The position numbers and the translations under genes were made by a program. A DNA stretch of 63,980 bases, the filler included, from Octopus bimaculoides (Eukaryota), in NCBI RefSeq assembly GCF_001194135.2. It is 4 parts of 4 records of this genome, joined end to end, with 100 filler letters (N's around TTAATTAATTAA, not from the genome) between each part and the next. Parts side by side here need not be neighbours in the genome. Positions count along the whole stretch, not along the records: positions 61,302 to 63,980 come from NW_026417559.1; 3 more parts are not named here. One strand, written 5' to 3'. Every line of letters begins with the position of its first letter. Positions within the stretch are counted from its first letter, which is position 1. The notes beneath the pieces are model-generated. The model made no database searches. It was not told the DNA's origin and saw only the letters and a list, made by a program, of their open reading frames with translations. This document shows, piece by piece, positions 61,340 to 63,980 of the stretch.

Positions 61340-62030
61340 TTGTTCGGTAGTTAGGTCTGCTAGAAATAGCAACTAAATCTACCTCAAACCGCACTCTCTT
61401 ATGTTTGCATATATGAACCAATGAGCGAGACCTCTATATGGTAGCTAGGTCTGTTAAAAATAAAAATAGAAACCAAATTCTCCTTCAAATAATATTCATC
61501 GTATGTATGTCTCAATATGGTAGCTAGACGTGTTGGAAATAACAGCCAAATATCCCTCAAATCATACCATGCTGTTTAAGAGGGAAATGCTTATTTTCTA
61601 CTCTAGGCACTTTTCTACTCAAGGCCCGAAATTTTGGGGGTGGGGGCCAGTCGAATAGATCGATTCCAGTACGCAACTGGTACTTAATTTATCGATCCTG
61701 AAAGGATGAAAGGCAAAGTCTATTCCTCGGCGGAATTTGAACCCAGAACGTAAAGGCAGACGAAATAACCGCTAACCGTTTCGCCCGGCGTGCTAACGTT
61801 TCTGCCCGTTCGTCGCCTTAAAAAATAAGAGGGAAATAGCGACTTTTGTAAACCTGTCTGTGCACAAAAGAACAGGAAGTTCACGGTTGGAAAGCCTTTC
61901 TTCATATCTACTGACCCGGACTTTGAGCAACAGAAACGAAGAAGCTTCGATGGAGTCATTCAACATGCCGGAAATAGCAACTAAATCTCTTTTAAATCAC
62001 ATCCTACCGCCTTAAGAAAATACAAAGGAA
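61340..62030 (+). repeat. Three to four dispersed copies of a short repeat (family F, gctagaaatagca.ccaaatc...cctcaaa)
   Basis: Copies near 61350, 61440, 61520 and 61970; a related piece lies at 4644-4668. Confidence 0.6.
61615..61820 (-). mobile_element. SINE family C
   Basis: caaggcccgaaattttggggg...ctggtacttaatttatcgatcctgaaaggatgaaaggcaaagtc...cgtgctaacgtttctgcc. Confidence 0.85.
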
Positions 62031-62145
62031 GAAAACATTAGCAAAGCGGTGGTTAGATATAAAAACAAGGTGGTGGTCACGCTTGGAATAACTTTGTATA
62101 TAGGTCTGTTCTATCAGGGCTGATTTATAACACATTTATAGCTGC

Positions 62146-62150
62146 GTGTT

Positions 62151-62184
<34 letters not shown>

Positions 62185-62210
62185 TTCCTTCCTTTCTTTC
62201 TGTCTTTCTC

Positions 62211-62244
<34 letters not shown>

Positions 62245-62715
62245 TTCCTTTCTTTCTGTCTTTCTGTCTTTCTTTCTTTCTTTCTTTCTTTGGCTTTGTC
62301 TCTGTACCCCTCTTTTTCTTTCTCCATTTCTCTCTCTCTCTCTCTCTCTCCATTTCTGTCTCTCTCCATTTCTCTCTTTCTCTCTCCATTTCTCTTTTTC
62401 TCTCTCCATTTCCCTCACTTTCTCTCTCTCTCCACCTCTCTCCCCCATTTCTCTCTCTCTCCCATCTCTCTCTTACTCTCTCTCTCTCCATTTCTCTCTC
62501 TCTCCCCCATTTCTCTCTTTCTCTCTTTGTCCCACTCTCACTCTCTCTTGCTTCCAATCTCTCTCTCTCTCACTGACGCACTCAATCTCTCTCTGTCTCT
62601 CTATCACTCTTTCCCTCTCTATCACTCATTCACTCTCCATTTCTCTCTAACTCTCTCTCTCTTTCTCCTTCTTTCCATCTCTCTTCCCTTCTCTCTCTCC
62701 CTCTCTCTCTCTCCC
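62146..62715. repeat. (CTTT)n/(CT)n pyrimidine tract
   Basis: Direct reading. Confidence 0.95.
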
Positions 62716-63460
62716 NNNNNNNNNNNNNNNNNNNNNNNNNNNNNNNNNNNNNNNNNNNNNNNNNNNNNNNNNNNNNNNNNNNNNNNNNNNNNNNNNNNNN
62801 NNNNNNNNNNNNNNNNNNNNNNNNNNNNNNNNNNNNNNNNNNNNNNNNNNNNNNNNNNNNNNNNNNNNNNNNNNNNNNNNNNNNNNNNNNNNNNNNNNNN
62901 NNNNNNNNNNNNNNNNNNNNNNNNNNNNNNNNNNNNNNNNNNNNNNNNNNNNNNNNNNNNNNNNNNNNNNNNNNNNNNNNNNNNNNNNNNNNNNNNNNNN
63001 NNNNNNNNNNNNNNNNNNNNNNNNNNNNNNNNNNNNNNNNNNNNNNNNNNNNNNNNNNNNNNNNNNNNNNNNNNNNNNNNNNNNNNNNNNNNNNNNNNNN
63101 NNNNNNNNNNNNNNNNNNNNNNNNNNNNNNNNNNNNNNNNNNNNNNNNNNNNNNNNNNNNNNNNNNNNNNNNNNNNNNNNNNNNNNNNNNNNNNNNNNNN
63201 NNNNNNNNNNNNNNNNNNNNNNNNNNNNNNNNNNNNNNNNNNNNNNNNNNNNNNNNNNNNNNNNNNNNNNNNNNNNNNNNNNNNNNNNNNNNNNNNNNNN
63301 NNNNNNNNNNNNNNNNNNNNNNNNNNNNNNNNNNNNNNNNNNNNNNNNNNNNNNNNNNNNNNNNNNNNNNNNNNNNNNNNNNNNNNNNNNNNNNNNNNNN
63401 NNNNNNNNNNNNNNNNNNNNNNNNNNNNNNNNNNNNNNNNNNNNNNNNNNNNNNNNNNNN

Positions 63461-63720
63461 GGTTTCTCTTTTGCCGAACCGCTAAGTTACGGGGACGTAA
63501 ACAAACCGACAGAGGCTGTCAAGCGGAGACGGATGTAACAAGCACAAACACACAAATATATGTACTTCTATCTATCTATTTATTCTTTTATTCTTTTACT
63601 TCTTTCAGTCATTTTGAATGCGGCCATACTGGAGCACCGCCTTTTAGGTCAACAAATCGACAACAGAACTTATTCTTTGTAAGCCTAGTACTTATTCTAT
63701 CGTTTTTTTACACACACACA
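63461..63720 (-). mobile_element. SINE family A, 3' portions
   Basis: ttgccgaaccgctaagttacggggacgtaaac and tttcagtcattttgaatgcggccatactggagcaccgcctt...ctagtacttattctatcg. Confidence 0.75.
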
Positions 63721-63754
63721 CACATATATATACACACACACACAACACAACACA

Positions 63755-63785
<31 letters not shown>

Positions 63786-63980
63786 GATATATATATATAT
63801 ATATATATATTAGAAGGTTTGGAGGTGATGTACAGGAATTATATATTAGAAAAAATAATAAGGTACTCAGAGATCTGGATGGTTGTACATTTACAGATTT
63901 TTATTAATATGTCACATGTTTTATAAATATTAGCGCTTGCACCTATTCTTGTAGGCTTTTCAAATATAACATTTGAACTC

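Overview
Repeat-dense, AT-rich animal genomic DNA, most consistent with an octopus (inferred from the SINE families and microsatellite load; no database search was run). Only two host coding exons are supportable, arranged head-to-head 335 bp apart: exon 1 of a PPT1-like palmitoyl-protein thioesterase (minus, 5260-5359) and exon 1 of TMEM65 (plus, 5695-5956). I found no further exon of either gene. There is one intact tRNA-Lys(CTT) at 28446-28518. The rest is transposon-derived or simple repeat: Penelope-like (PLE) fragments, several tRNA-like SINE families, two RTE-clade LINE types (one BovB-like with two C-terminal C2H2 fingers), an internally deleted Gypsy element with two nested insertions, a Tigger/pogo relic, piggyBac- and Tc1/mariner-type MITEs, and long microsatellites. 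Three identical 44N-TTAATTAATTAA-44N blocks are artificial joins, so the window is four concatenated scaffolds and adjacency across them is unproven. The most interesting signal is a foldback element in TMEM65 intron 1 (about 10790-11182) that joins a tRNA-type B box to a PLE-type minimal hammerhead ribozyme. Its antisense copy keeps the catalytic core, while the sense copy has an A14G core change. The window also has many long inverted repeats (candidate dsRNA) and a MITE-like element wrapping a TTAGGG array. SINE family letters A-F are my own labels. Most SINE and microsatellite boundaries are approximate (about 10-30 bp), and identity figures are by-eye estimates.
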